From the NCBI GenBank assembly GCA_002633005.1, contig NMRA01000018.1, positions 315,892 through 379,891 on the forward strand: a stretch of DNA of 64,000 nt, in the 5' to 3' direction. The DNA is from Phoronis australis (lineage: Eukaryota; Animalia; Phoronida). Below the pieces are notes generated by a model that made no database searches, was not told the origin of the DNA, and saw nothing but the letters and a program-made list of their open reading frames with translations. Positions 39,301 through 54,300 of this stretch are shown here, one piece after another (position 1 is the stretch's first letter; each line of letters begins with the position of its first letter). The translations under genes were made by a program, and so were the position numbers.

Positions 39301-42300
39301 ATGATACCTTAATACACATGACAGTAGACTTGCGAAGTCTATAAGGCAAAGCCGCTTTCCTGATCAGAAGCATTCTCAAAGACAGTGGAGTCAAAAGTTT
39401 AAGTACTACCTAGATTACGATGATTCTTCACCTATTTCAAAAAAATAATTGCCAAAATTGTTTTTCTATTTTAAAAAAGCCGATTATTTTAATGTAAGTT
39501 TATAAACTCTGCTAACTGTTGTTTTATTACATCTCCACACTACAAACTAAGCTAAAAACAGACAAATATTTTCTTAATTTTATTTTTGTTCAGAAATTTG
39601 ACAAAATAAAACTTTCGCTTGTCTGCCATATTGTGGTGAAGAATTTGTACTGTCTTGAACATGTGGATAACTACGGACAGTTCCTTAGACACCGTCACTG
39701 ACTTACACGATGGGCACCTGCTGTAATTGTATGACAATAACGCACAGAGTGTTGAGAATTGTCTCCAGGATTGTGTTCACCTCCATATCAATAAGGTCGA
39801 CCTGAAGGTAAGACAGCACACTTAGAACCGATAACTAGCAGCATGGATAATGAAATGCAATCTTCTCAGAGACAGTTGACTAAAAAAACATTGAAGTATC
39901 CCCATTAAACCTAAATTGACAAAATTTCACTTTCACAGAGATTGAACAAATTTCTTCACTCTTTAAGAAGAAAACAAACTTCAAGTCAGACCTTGAGCAT
40001 AGGACAAAAAACAACCAACAACTTTCTTACAGAAATTACAAGATGTCATTTCGTGTGATAGAAAAGTGACATTCTGGGACTCAATTGACACCACGTATGT
40101 TGGGAAATTAGTTAATTGGTGAGTCGTGCCTGTACAATCAAACGGATCAGTAACAATTTACTGTTGTTGGCATTAGACAACACATAACAACATACACAAC
40201 TACTCTGAAACAAATAAAACCAGGCACAATGCAAGCAACACATCGAGGCAATACTTCTAAGTTGCCCTACCAGCACAAAAGGCTTTCACTGTCAGAAGTG
40301 AAAACTGATGCTGTAACAAGATCACATCAGTGATTTGGGAAAATTCTATTCCTGCCGTAACCTCCCAAAATAACAAATTCGTCACAAGGCTCTGCCCAGA
40401 TAAAGTACATTTTCCCTTACACACTGTGTACAGAACAATAAGTGTTACCATTCCATGCATGACACCAATGAAGGTCTCCATGTGTGTGTCATTGTGGCCG
40501 AGGTATTGACAGAAAGCAGGCGAAACCTGGGACACCGCATAGACAACCTGAAACAACACACACAACAAACATGAGGCTAGTTTGGTCTGGGACATGGCAT
40601 GGACGACACATTGTTGTCTCAAATCTTTTGCAAAAGGTTCTATCCATAACTCCATAATAACTTGTCAACCATTACTAACAACTTTCTGATTAGTGTTTCA
40701 CAAGAAATCTTTACACATTCATTAGTTTATGTTATATATTTGTTTTGATTAATTTTTTGCTTTAAAAGATAAGACCTTGAGTCCACCATTTCCAACTGCT
40801 TCATACTAACTCTTTTTTACAAACTTTTTTATTTAATTTATTTTTAGTGTTATAGTCACCAAATTGTAATTGAATTGAGATTTTCCATTTTTTCCGTTAC
40901 ATTTTTTTCTGGTGGCTCCGTGGTAAGCACACACTTAAAGGTCCTTCGCGTAGTCTCCATAAGCTGTATGTGATTTTAAACTGTATTTTGTTAATGAGTT
41001 TCAAGAATAAAATGTGTCAATACTACTATAAGACAACCCTGCGGCTAGTCTCGCCTTTGTAAAAGAATGGTGTTTCTTAGAGAACCGGCAATTATTGCTC
41101 GACCAAAACAGTGACAAACAGAAAATAATGACCTTCACTAATTGTAACTCCAAGGTCACAATTGTTTGACAGACTTTCCTAGTTCTGTATACCAAGTTTG
41201 CACTGGAAGTCTACTGTCAGTCTACTGCAGCAAACACGATCGTCTTAATACAAGTTTTACGGCACTCTATAGAAAAAAGTTCATAAGCCACCAACCTTCA
41301 GCACATGCCCACAGGTGGCAGGATGTCTCATGTAGAGCAGGAACTCCTCAGTGTGTGGCCTTAATCTCTCCTCACACAGCACGTCACCTAGTACAACAGC
41401 CACCTGCGAGAAAGGTAGAAAAGCTTGGAGAACAGAATTATTTTACAGTGTTAATTACCACATGGTCAGTTAATACTTAATGCCAAAAGAAATAATCTAT
41501 CTTTAATTTACTTACTGTAAGACTCAATACCAGGATATTGTAACGTAACAAAGACAAATCATTTATTGGTTTTCATTTCAGACAGACAACTGTGAATTTG
41601 ACAGTTGTCTGGAGATGTCTGAAAGCTGGTGCTCCGAGTGATTGGATTAATTTAAGACTACAAAATTCTTGCACAGGGCTCGGTGCTTAACATAATGTGA
41701 ACTCGCCAAATGCGACCTGGCAATATTTCCAGGCCACCAAACAACAACTGAAATCGCCAAATAAAGAAACCCAGAATGGGAGGTTACAAAAGTCCTGGTT
41801 AATACAACACGTAGATGGCAACAGCCGAAAATAAAATAAATTAATAACTAGCAACCTGAATAGAAGAACAATCGAACTCGGCAAATGTCTGCCGAGATCG
41901 CCTTGACACCATAGTTTTTTTAGTCGAACAAAAAGTTGTTGCTTTTAGTCGAATGGAAAATTTTGAAGTGTTTCGTGTGCTCAGTAAAAACCAATTTCCA
42001 CTTCAGGCCCAAGATACTGTGCAAGCTCATCTCCTCAGCCAAAATCATATGGTCAGCATGCTACATGAGCATGACTCATAATGTGGCCCTTCCAATTTTT
42101 GACAAACGATTCCAAATTCCATTTGTTTACGTCATGTAGTATTTTAATTGCAAGCTCACATGTGTATATGGTGACTTCGTAGCAACTTGGTATTTTTAAG
42201 TGGTTGCCAAATCACGCCCTCTAGCCAATGTGACTTTAATAATTAAAAGTATCTGTTGTTTTTACAATATAAAGACCTCCAAAGGCAACTCAAAGATCAA

Positions 42301-45300
42301 TTCAAGCAACCAAACACTTTGATTAAGAATTTGTTTGGGATCTTGTTACATGAAATATTCGTTACTGTGGGCTAAATAAGATATTTTGATTTCAAGAAAC
42401 AATTGCATGATAATTAACTCACTTTTATCAAAAAATATTGCAGAAACTGAGTTCAGATTGTAAAAACTCACGGTACACTGATATACCCTGAAGATAAGGT
42501 TCCAATAAGTGTGATTAAAGTAGCTTATCATAGCATGCTGGGTTGAGCTTGAGTCGAGACAATACGACAAGATAAAGTGTTAGGCCGACATACAACTTAC
42601 CTTTCGTTTACCTTGTACCCCAGACACCTGACCCAACGGCAAGTGAGAGAGAGCGGCGAGCGCGCCTATAGCCAGGTGTAGGACGTCCTCTAGACGAGCG
42701 CAGGCTGCCTCTTGGTTACCATCACACACGTCTATAGTAGTGCACAGAACACAATTCATCAAAGGATAGTTTAACCTGCTATCAACCCTCCTTCTAACCT
42801 TGATTTAGACCACTTAGAATTATAAAATCAAGCTCTCGTTTATCAGAGGTTGTACGCTCGGTCGTCCCTAAGACTGTCAACTTCACCTTTTTGCGAATGT
42901 GCCACTGTGTCTGCTTACAAGAGTAAAGCATAGGTGCCATTTTTAGACTAAACGAATGCTTTGAAGAGCCACCTAGATCAATATTAATACAATGGGCTTT
43001 TGGTGTCTACTCGTTTCTTACTTAGATTAGATCACGTCATTTTTAGATTTGGGAAGAATTAACATAACTGCATCTGACCAGGCTGAATAAGTTGGCTTGA
43101 TATGGCAGGTCACCTTACACATCAAAAACAGTCTCACTAATGGCAGGTCATGTTATACATCAAGAACAGTCTAACCAATGGCAGGTCACCTTACACATCA
43201 AAAACAGTCTCACTAATGGCAGGTCACGTTATACATCAAGAACAGTCTAACGAATGGCAGGTCACCTTAAATATGAAGAACAGTCATACCAATGGCAGGT
43301 CACCTTATACATCAAAAAACAGTCTAACCAATGGCCGACTGTCATTTCTTCCCAAGTCTATTCCAAGCAAGTTATGAACAGTTTTAGCAGCCTAAACCAA
43401 AAATTAGACATTCGACAGAAGATGGGATTATAGCGCCTTCAATAAATGCTCCAATACATTAATTTCTCTCTATTCGTCCCTTGTCACAGCTACCTACTAT
43501 GTCTAGACCAATGAGTACATACCTGAATTTCTGCACACTAATTTTATGTTTCACACAGAAGCACATGCAGCCTCAGAGGTATTAAAACTAGATGCCATAG
43601 GTTTTTGTAGAGGGTAACACAATTATCACATGATTAGTTAAGGAATTGCACATGCTTGTTTTTCGTCAGTCACTAAAATGATAACAAGTTTATCTTTTCG
43701 CAGGAAACTTTTAATCATTAGAGGCACATTTTCTTTTTTAAAGTTGAAATGAGTTTAAAAACAATATTCAAGAAATGTCATAAATACATCATCCATTCAT
43801 TTGAAAGAAAACAAGATTACCTATCACACTTTGAGAGTAAATATTGTTTGAAAACAAAAATGACCCACTTACAGCAAATCTAGGGTAATTCTCCACTTAT
43901 TCTGCACAAAAATAATTGTTAAAATTGTTATTTTTTCCATTTTCAAAGGGGGATTACTTTAATGTACAAAATGGGAAATTTACCAAAAGACGTTTTTTGA
44001 CATTTACACAACAAAGATCATGCTAGTGATATACTAAAAATTTTTCAATCTTTTATTTTTGTGGAAAAATTGATAAGAAAGAATTTCACTTGTCGGCCAC
44101 ATTGTTTGCTAAATAAGTGAAGAATCAGCGTGCTCTTTACCAAATTCAGTTTAATATCATTCGCAACTAAAATTCAAAATGGACCAGTCCCAAATTACGT
44201 TCACCAAACCAGACCCATCAGTTCCACAGTGGCAACAGAAATCTGGATGATTCAGGTATCTGTTGCAGGAGTGGACCCACTTGATTCGTGCAAAAAGAAT
44301 TTCATTGATACACAGCTCGAGCCAACGGACCCATTAAAATTGGGAGCAAAAAAGGACAAAAACTAGCATGGCCCAGAGGTCCTCTAAGTTGTTTACGAAA
44401 GACGTGAGGCCATGTGGGTCAATTCACCCATATCAACAATGTGGGTCAATTCACCCATATCAACAATTTTTCTAAAATGATTCCTGCACACAATATTATG
44501 TAAGTCACAATCTACAAGATCTGGCAATACAATAGCATCTAAAGAGCACCTTCTAGCTTAATCAAAGCTCCCTCATCCATTATTGTGAGTGACAGCAGTG
44601 TTTCCATGGTAACAGGATGCTTCTTAGCCACTCCCTCAAAGAATTGCTCTGCCAGCGCCTCCTGGTGAATGTTTTGTTCCAACTGCTCACATATGAAGAC
44701 TAAACACTAAAATACAAGAACAAAATGAAATAGCCAAGAGTAACTTCATAACTCAACACAGTGAGGCGTGTCCACAATGCCAAAATACATTTCCCATATA
44801 TGGTCATTGTAAACGAAAAAAATGTATGGTTTTTACAGCCGAAAAGATTCCTTTATCGGATTTCAAATAAAATGCTTCCACATATTTCACAGACCGTCGC
44901 AGGAGGGAAACAAACGTACAGTACCCACTGGAGATCTTGCGGGCTCCCGATGTTACATCTACTCCGCCACATGTGCAGATCACATCAGTTGAAGGGAACA
45001 CTTCACCTCACATTAACTTTAGTGGCTCAAGCACATAACAAAACCTTCCTGAACAAACTGACTTTTTCACAGGGAACAAAATACATTAAATTTGGACACT
45101 GGAAGCTCTTGACTTAAGACGGTTAGATTTACAGGTTGCCCCTTTATTTGCTTTCATGTGGTGCTTTCTTGTAAAGAACAATTCTGATGAAAGTCTCATG
45201 CAAGGAATGATCTGAGTTTAGGATCTCATCTCCGAACAATCACGTTGCACGATTAGAGTACAAATATGCAAGTTAACTGCCTCAATGTCAATTTTTTAGG

Positions 45301-48300
45301 TGAATTTCGAGTTCAGAGCTTAGACCTCGGGCCCTGGTGTTATTTTTACATTCTAATATTAGATGAATACTATGTCAAGCTACGCACACTTCATTTTTGA
45401 ACACGTTCAAGAACACAATCATATTATTGACTGGGAGTTTGCTAGTATTTATTACATCGAGACCAGGTACATTTCCTAGAATGATCAGGGAAGCTGTCTA
45501 CATCAGGCATCATACTCCCTCTATCAGCAGAGACAGGGTCTGTAATTGCCTGTATACACAACCAAGTACAGGCCACTAGTGCACCCAACATTCCGAGGAA
45601 GACAGCCGTCGAAGGCAGTCGAAAGTCTCAATGATAAGATGTATTTGCTTGCTTGTGTTCGATAACCCCCTCTATTATAAACATGGAAAAATCTTTAAAG
45701 AGGTTTTGTAAGAAAATGCAGCTGATAGGTAGCACAAAAGTGGAAGGACAACAGCATGACATGCAGAGACGACAGTAGTATGCACCCCGACTATGCATAA
45801 GTGGGCACAAAAACTCACCATCAAAGCTTGTTCTCTTAATTTGAGGTCCACGTCAAATGTCAGTGAAGTGAGCTTCGGGACTAATTCAACAAACTGCAGA
45901 CAGCGATCACAGAACGCAGACATACTGAAAGGGCAAAAAAAAAAAACAACTCCCAACAAATACACCTTGAGAAGTATAGCGGCAAGATGAGACAATAACA
46001 ATAACAATACTTAATACTTATACTCAGCTTCAGTTCCTACTGAATCAGGCTTACTAAAAGTGTGTTGGACCCTTGAATCTCCAAATTTGGCAAACTTTGG
46101 AACATCATTTCTCAGAAACGACGGATTGTATTCATAAGAAACTTGCAGATACCATGCATTATGGACTGTTCTCCAGGACATAGTCAGGGATTGGTTTTAA
46201 AAATTACCTCTATTGCATGAAGTGCTATCAACATGTACACCATGTAACATAGGATTTCAGATAACGGAAGTTATTAATCGTAAGAAGTTACTTCAAATCC
46301 TTGAATTATTGGGTTAGAAGAGTCCATTTAGGCTGATTTTGTAGGAAGAGTCCATTTAGGCTAATTTTGTAGGAAGAGTCCATTTAGGCTAATTTTGTAG
46401 GAAGAGTCCATGTCAATTTCTTACAAGTCTTTAGTTACGGCTTCCTCCCAGGACTGTAAAGTGGCAAAGTAGGCATTACACACGATGACGAGGTCCAGGA
46501 GAATCTGTTGACACCATGGCTGATCTGTGACCACCTTGTTCTCCAGGATGTCGGAGATTAACGTCAAGGCATGTCCCGGAATGTTGGCTTTAGTTAGGAA
46601 TGGTTGCAGTTCCTCGAGGCTGCTGCAAACAGAGAGGACGTGAGATGACTCACAGGAGGCATTAGTTTAGGATTGCCAGATTATGAAAGTCGTGCTTCAC
46701 ATTTACCGTAAAAATTCTTCAATTCCTAACAAAAATATTGTTGAATTTTTTTACTTTTCAAAGGCTTACAACATTGCAGAAAATGGTCAAAATTTACAAA
46801 ACGTTATATTTTTTCTTATTATGACCGCCTATGTGACTAATGATTTGTTTTAATAATTTATCTAAAACTGAGACATTATGTCAATGAAAATAATAGTGAC
46901 TTAGTCCTTAAATTGAGGGTGTTGCATGAAAAGATATTTATATATTTTCACTGAAACATTCAGAATTCAATGTAGAGTTTGCTCTAAGTGTATTTTAAAG
47001 TAAAAAATTCAGTTAGTGATGAGTATAAAATAGAGAAGAACAATCAGTAATTTCACAAGTTCACGAATGCAGCGAAAAGTTAAGAATCATAGTTGAGTTC
47101 CTATTTGAGACTTTTTCCTGTAACTGGGCACAAAAATTGTACCAAGCTCACGGTAAAATTAGTCAATAATACTGATGTCACGTGCAAGTCGTGACATTTA
47201 ACTTGAATGTGCAGAACATTCATCAAATGCTCAGATGAAGCTTGGACAACTGACAATAAAATGAAAAGTTATGAACGCTTACTATAAAGTACACTAGACC
47301 CTGTTTGAGCTTATTAACAGACATTTTCCACGACTGTACGTCAAGTCTGTAACAAAATGTTCTGTAACGCTCCTCAAACCTCAAAATTTTGGAACATGTT
47401 AGAAAACTCCTAACGACTGCTAAATGGCCAAGTATGGCCAATGCTTATGGGAAAGACCACCAAGCACTGCAGGCCCACTTCATGAAATAAATTAAATGGA
47501 GAATAAGACATGAATTACTCGAATAATGCGTACAACCAATAGAATGTTACAGAATCACTTTTGGGCACTATCAATCAAAATGTGATTAGTTGCAGCTATT
47601 ACTTACCACTGGAGAGATATCACATTTGTGATCACTCTCAATACAGGTCTGAGTCGTGACGCTCCTTCTAGCAATCCCTGCACCACCTGTTCAGTGGACG
47701 ACTGAAGACGAGACTTCAATTTAGACAGGAAAGCCTTGTTCTTGATCAGAGCCAGGGTCTGTGCCGGGTCCTTGTCAGGTTCAGTACGCTCATTCAGTGC
47801 CATCCACTCATCATCACTATCAATATCCTGTAGTCAATAATGTAAGCGAATGTGCTGTACAATTCTATGACACGGAAACTGTGGATAGTCCTGCACGTCA
47901 ACAAAACAGCAAATGTGTATGAAATGTGACAACTAAAAGTTATGTTGCGAATGCTGTCAGAGGCTCCAAACTCTGCAGCTTACCCCATTTACACACCACT
48001 CGACCTTATTCCGCATATCGACCTCAGCCTTCGGTCTCGGGTGATACGCGGAATAATGTCTTGTGGGATATTATTTCATCTACCCTACTTGATGTACGTT
48101 TTCTATACGCTTCGAATATTTGTTTCTTTTATTTCTTCCGCAAATCTTTCAAATAATTCACCTAGTCTAGTCTGTTCATGTAGCGGATCACAACCTATAG
48201 TGTATGTAATTGTGTGTAATGTTTAGTTTACTCTAAGTAAAAGAAAACAGTATTGAATGTAACAAATTATTATGTGAAAAGAGATAACAAAGATTAAAAC

Positions 48301-51300
48301 AATGGAAATTGTGCACTAAACTTGTAACAATTTTTGTAAATAATTGAATACCAAGAATAAATAACACTGTAGTTACTGAGAAAGTGGCGCCAGAGTTGCT
48401 GACAATATAAAAGTTTAGCAAATAAAACCGAGACAAAAGTGTTATATAGTTAACAGTTTTGTACCAGATGTTATGTTTGTGACCTAATTACATGTCAATT
48501 GCTATTTATACAGCTGTAACTTAACTTTAAGCTATTTTATAAAGTTTGACGACCGAGCCGGCTAGCGACGTCGAGTCAACATTAACCTACCTTTTGTATT
48601 TTTTCATGTCTGAATATAGAGGGCATTACGAAAAACAATACCACGTGGCCGTATTGCAGTCAACTTAATCAACGCATATGGAATAAAGACAGATGTTCAA
48701 ACACAATCATGAATTTTGTATTTATTGTCTAGAGTTTGAATTTAGAATTGAGGTATTCAATGTGACTGCATACACATTCAGATGTCAAAAGGCTCTGAGA
48801 ACAACTTAGCTTTACCTCACCAAACCCATCCAGTTTGACATTTTCCATGTTTTTTGTGTCTGTCTTCCTTGCCATCTTTCTACTCTCCACTTCTACAGCA
48901 GGGAACTCTTCTGCGTAGTCTTTACTCACTCGGTCTGGTCTGGGTGTTGGCTGAGCCTAGACACAACATAAAAAAGTTTCCCGTTGAAGTTGGCTAAAAC
49001 CGTAAATCAAATCAGGGCTTTTACCCTCCTAAAATAGGACTTATAATATTCCCTACAATGCTATGAATCTATTTTTGTTACCAACAAGAATTACTGGGGT
49101 TCGCCTAAGATAATCTTGTTGGTAACACATAGAATCCTATCATGGTAATGGATATTATAAGACCAATTTTACGAGAGTATAAAGCCTAATTGCATTTTCG
49201 TTTTTAGCTAATTAAACAGGGCTAAATGCAACTGTAATTGACACAATCGTCACTCACTTCCAAGACAGATTCAAACTCAAGACCTCAGTGGCCACAGTCA
49301 AAACACTTTGCCAACGGAGCAAAACCAAACTTGGTTGAGTATTTTAAGCATTAAACTCACTGACCTCAATCTCAGCGAATGACATACAGCCAATGGTGAG
49401 AAATGGTAATTCCTAATAAACCACAATAGACCTTTGTTCATTGAACTCTGGTCAAGAAGTTTGTCCTATCCAACATTAACCTCAAAAATGCCATTTTTGG
49501 TCATAAAACCAAATGTGTCCTTTTGTTCATGTTAAGGGGTTTCGAATAAAAGAATGACTAAAAATTGGCAAGAGAACTATAATATCATGACACTTTTCAA
49601 ACTTACAGATAAACTTCAACAATTTCATAATTTTGGTTGAACAAAACCTGGTTTAAGGCATAAATCTGGTCTTATTAAACTTTGATTTCACCAAGTGGTT
49701 TAAAACCTGAAAGCCGGGTTTTAACTGCACTAGGGAGCAGAGTAACAGCACAAACTACCTAAAATGAACAAACTGCTGCAATCCTCAAACTGCCAGTTTG
49801 TTCAAACTTCTAAAGCACGAGCCGCCATATTTTTTCATTATGACACTTTGTGGCTTGAAGAAGTTGCACAAACAATCACAATCAGAGAGCAAAAACAACT
49901 TTAATCAGACACTAACAAATACAATTAGTTGCTTCGCAATTAGCAGAGAACAATATTTTAAAGATGTGTAGTTTCACGACATCTTGTGTACTCACACCCA
50001 GCAATTTGTTTTTGTTGCAATTTATTTCTCATCCATCCACAAGACAACTGCTCACGGTCGGCGTACCTTACTGACACCTGTGTGTTCCCATTGTTGAGTG
50101 TGGGGCCTTTCAGGGTGCACAGGTATCGGTCCCTTGTCCTCCTGTGTCCAGGCCTCGGCACGGATGCCCTCCTTTTTCTGCTCAGCCTTGGCTGCCTTCT
50201 TGCGTGCTCGGTTGAGTATCTTAGACGTCCCCGGTGGATGGGCTTTTTCCTTGACCTGCTTCTCCTTGACGATTTGCATAGACGCAGACAATGGCTTAGT
50301 GAAGGGGCTAGGCATGGTCAAATCCTCTTCAGAGACTAGGGAAAAACAACATAATAGTTACTCTCCAGGAAACCCAACACTTTCATACAGACTAGCACAG
50401 TCAACAATAGGGTGCCCACCACAAGTGCAAATTACACAAAAGAGTACAGCGTAACAGTTTAATGAGAAGCCAATTTTTAATCTTTGCCGCGTTCTTTCAA
50501 AGGCTAAGAGTTTCGTGAGCAAAAACAAGCAATTACATAAAAAACAAACTGTTTAATGAACTGTCAAATTTCCTTAGGTACGTTATAACTCTGCCCTACC
50601 CTTTCAAGGAGTAAGAGTTTCATTCATGGGAAGTCCATGGTTACACAATCCTTTTGAAACATCCTGTGAGACCACAACACATAACATACGAAACTCAGCA
50701 CTGCATTCAACAGGACAAAATCACTCCTGTAATACTAGTTAAAAGATCCATGCAGAGCCTTCTATGAAAACCAATTGCTTCATGTTTGGGGTGGAACCTT
50801 TGTTTTGGTTCTCTAAAATGTCAATTTAATTAGCATTTTTAATCACACGTGATAACACCACAGTATAAACAGAGTTCAGGGTTCAATTTGGTGACCTCAG
50901 ATTTTGTTTTGACGACCAGGCAAAAATTTCCCAAACACATCCGATATCGCACTCAAAATACTACAGGCAGTAATCAGATGGGAGTTGGAGTCATTCAGCA
51001 AAGAATTGGAAGGGCCCATTCATGAGTCACGCACAGATAGCCTGTGCCAATTTGTCCACTTCTGCCCAAGGTGAGCCACCATGGAGAGAAATTGGTGCTG
51101 GTTGTTACCAGGCATGCGAGACACTTCTCATTTCTGTTCGATTATTAAAACGCTGTTGAGGCGTTCTCCGGTGCACTGGCGGACATTTGTCGAGTTCGTC
51201 CGTTCTTCAATTCACGTTTTCAGTTGCTGTTAAGTAATGTTTGCAGGGGCCAGAACTTGTTTTGGGGACCCCAGTTCTCGTTTGGCGACCTGGGAATCCA

Positions 51301-54300
51301 GCCAAGTCACAGGTGGTGAGCTGAAGTTGTGCTTTTAGAAGTATCGATCCCTGAACTTCAATGACTGCTTCAACAGGAAGACTCACTCAAAACTCCAACT
51401 TGAAATGAATAGTGCTGCATGGGAATTGAAACCTAGTAACGTATTAAATGCAGTTAATGTTACACTCATATGCAGGACACCTTCCTTAATGGCCCTTAAA
51501 CATAATTATGTTCCAAGCCATATGTGTTTGATTATAAAGGCCATGTTTATAACCCGTAACAGCACCCGCAGCTGCACACCAACACTATGCGTCTTGAGGT
51601 GTTAGGAATAGCATGTAACATATAAAATAAAACTGTCATTTGGGGGCCAGTATAGCTCAAATCCATCTGAAACCAGGCAAGTGCTGTCTTCTCCTTGAAA
51701 TTCAAACTTATTTGCTCGCAATTTTTCAACTCCTTGCAAGCACAAATACATACCGACGACGCCATCCTTCACAAACGGGTGAAACAATAGGTCTGGCCAT
51801 GACAGTCTGGCCCCAGGGTCCTTGGTGAGTAGGCCCTGAAGGAAGTCCTTGAACACACTGCTCATGGTCTTGGGCCAGCGGACAGGATCCTTGAGGATGA
51901 GACTGACCAGTTGGAAGATGCTGTTGGTGTAGAATGGTGGCTGACCATCAAACAACTCGTAAAGGATGCAGCCGAGAGCCCTAGGGGAGAGAATTGTATT
52001 TTGTGCGTTGTTAGGAGCTTCACCTGTATATTATATGTAATCATAGACTATAGTACATAGACCCCAAACTCAGTATAATTATTTTCAATGGATGAAATCT
52101 GTGATTTTACGCCGAAGCCGTGACGTCATTGTTCACTACTGACAGCTGGCACATACAGCACGCTTAACTTCCGGCAAGTATGTCGTCTGCTAATCATGGT
52201 CATTTTCGTCGGAATTTTGCCCAACTCACACCCGTGCTTGAACAAATTGAACGCTCATAAAACGTTAACTTCTTAAACCTCATATTAATACTCCAGAATA
52301 AACTACCAGGCCTACTCAAAAATCACTCTCGCACTTCAAAAACAGTTTACACACTCCACGGGACATTTCATTTTGAGCTCGAATGCATACCAGTGCCACT
52401 CAAAATTTCTGGACTCTACAGTTGAAAGACCTTGAACAGCATTTCAATGCCGAAATTATTTTTTTTCGTTGTACTAGACAGTAAGTAGATGGAAGAATTT
52501 CCCATCACAATACACTAACTGTAAGATGATTTTGCTACGTTTAGAGGGTGGTGCCTCCTCTACGATATTTCGCAAGAAAATGTCGGAGATGCAAATCTGT
52601 TGTCTATAATCTATGGTAAAATGCAGGATGTCATGTACCCAAACATGTCAATGACAGTAATTTCTGGTAGGAGAAATGAACCTAGTTGGCTTGTAGGTAA
52701 GACATAATCTAGCAAAGTTGCCATTTTCAACAATTTTGAGTACAGGTCATGCTTTTGTCCGAATAGCACAATGCAGGAACAATGTGTTTTAAAGTGATTC
52801 TCCAAGTCCACTTCACAGTTTCAATGAATGTGTGTTTTAACAGCTTTAACTTTATTTAATAAGGTCAGTGTGAATGAAACAGTCACAGACTGAGTGTTAA
52901 GATGGTGTAAGACCATGGGAGAGGGGTGAATATTAAACACAGCAATATGTGGTGACAGTATTAAAAGAGGAGAATTCACATTGTGGTTACAAACGATGGG
53001 CCGGGTTCAATATAACAATATCTCAAGAATTTGATAGTCAGAAATCAAACTCCTGAATTTTTCACCGAATCTTTAGGTTTTTATTTTTGACGGTGTAAGG
53101 ACAACAAAGCCTTGAAAGAAAATTCCTAAGGTGCTTTTGTATTTAAAAAGAGACATAATGTGCACGTTTTGTGAGAAACATTTTGCGTATTAGGTTAAAC
53201 TTACTGCAACCTTAGCGCAAAGTCGCAATTTTTAGAGAAAAAACATGTCCTGTTATAACCTAAAAGTAAAACATGAATGGCATTACTTGTTAAAAATCCA
53301 AATTTATAAGCTATAGCTTTAGGGGACAAAATCAAGTTAAATGCGTTTTAAGTCCTTGAGGAAAATAATAAACAAGAACCATAAAATGAAAGACTGTTCC
53401 TTGAACATGAAAGAGCCTGTTATAAATCTGCACAACAATATAATAGAACAGCTTAAATTACCATAAATCTGCTGTATGGTCATATGGCTTCTCCTCAACT
53501 AGTTCAGGAGACATGTACAGTGGAGTACCCTGTAATATAAAATATAAAACATGTCTTAGTAAATTGCCCTCTTTCATATCATTGAGCCACACAAAAGTGA
53601 TTCAGTTGTATCAAGGGCGGCAATTCATGGTTGAAGAAATGTACCATGACATACTAAAAAGATCTTCAGGAAAAGAAGAACCAAAAAGCTATACTCCAAA
53701 ATTGTGCAAAGCCATTATTTCATTGTTCTTCAAAGATTGTGGTTTCTGATCTTAATAAGTTATTCTCTATAATAATATTGGCTTTGGAGTTTTGAAATGC
53801 TTTCAATTAAAGGAGAATGCCACCCGATTTAATTAGTCTTTTTTGCCATCTTAATCGGTCTATATTCACATCGCCTCGCATACGGTCGACCTTACCTTGC
53901 CAAGAGGTGTCGCGTTAACCTGTGAGGAAGGTGAGAAACGACGCTAGCGACGTCAGTGGTTCATATGCAAAGTGAATGCCGCTATGTTGCGGTGCATCGT
54001 TCCCGCTTGTCCGAACTAAGCAGCTGCGAGGAAAGCGGGTATATCATTTTTTTACTTCCTCGAGAGTTCGAAATGGTTAGGAAGTGGCTCATGGTAGTGA
54101 AGAATGAAATGTACGCTGTAAATAGCAAGTATGAGGCCGTGAAACATCTCCGTGTCTGTGGCCTGCAGACGTCTCGACAGTGCCTGACGAATGAATGCCG
54201 GCTTACCAAATAAATCCATACGTTCCGTTGTCTGAGCTTGTTCACGACGCCTCTCTAGTATTTCTTCATCACTATTCCTGTTTGAATTGATAGCCTGTAA

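Noticed and set aside
43100-43340. 39-bp repeats resembling a CRISPR array
   Set aside because: Head-to-tail units without unique spacers, in a eukaryotic intron, and no cas genes
49958-50454. Several overlapping ORFs
   Set aside because: Shadows of STK36 exon 7
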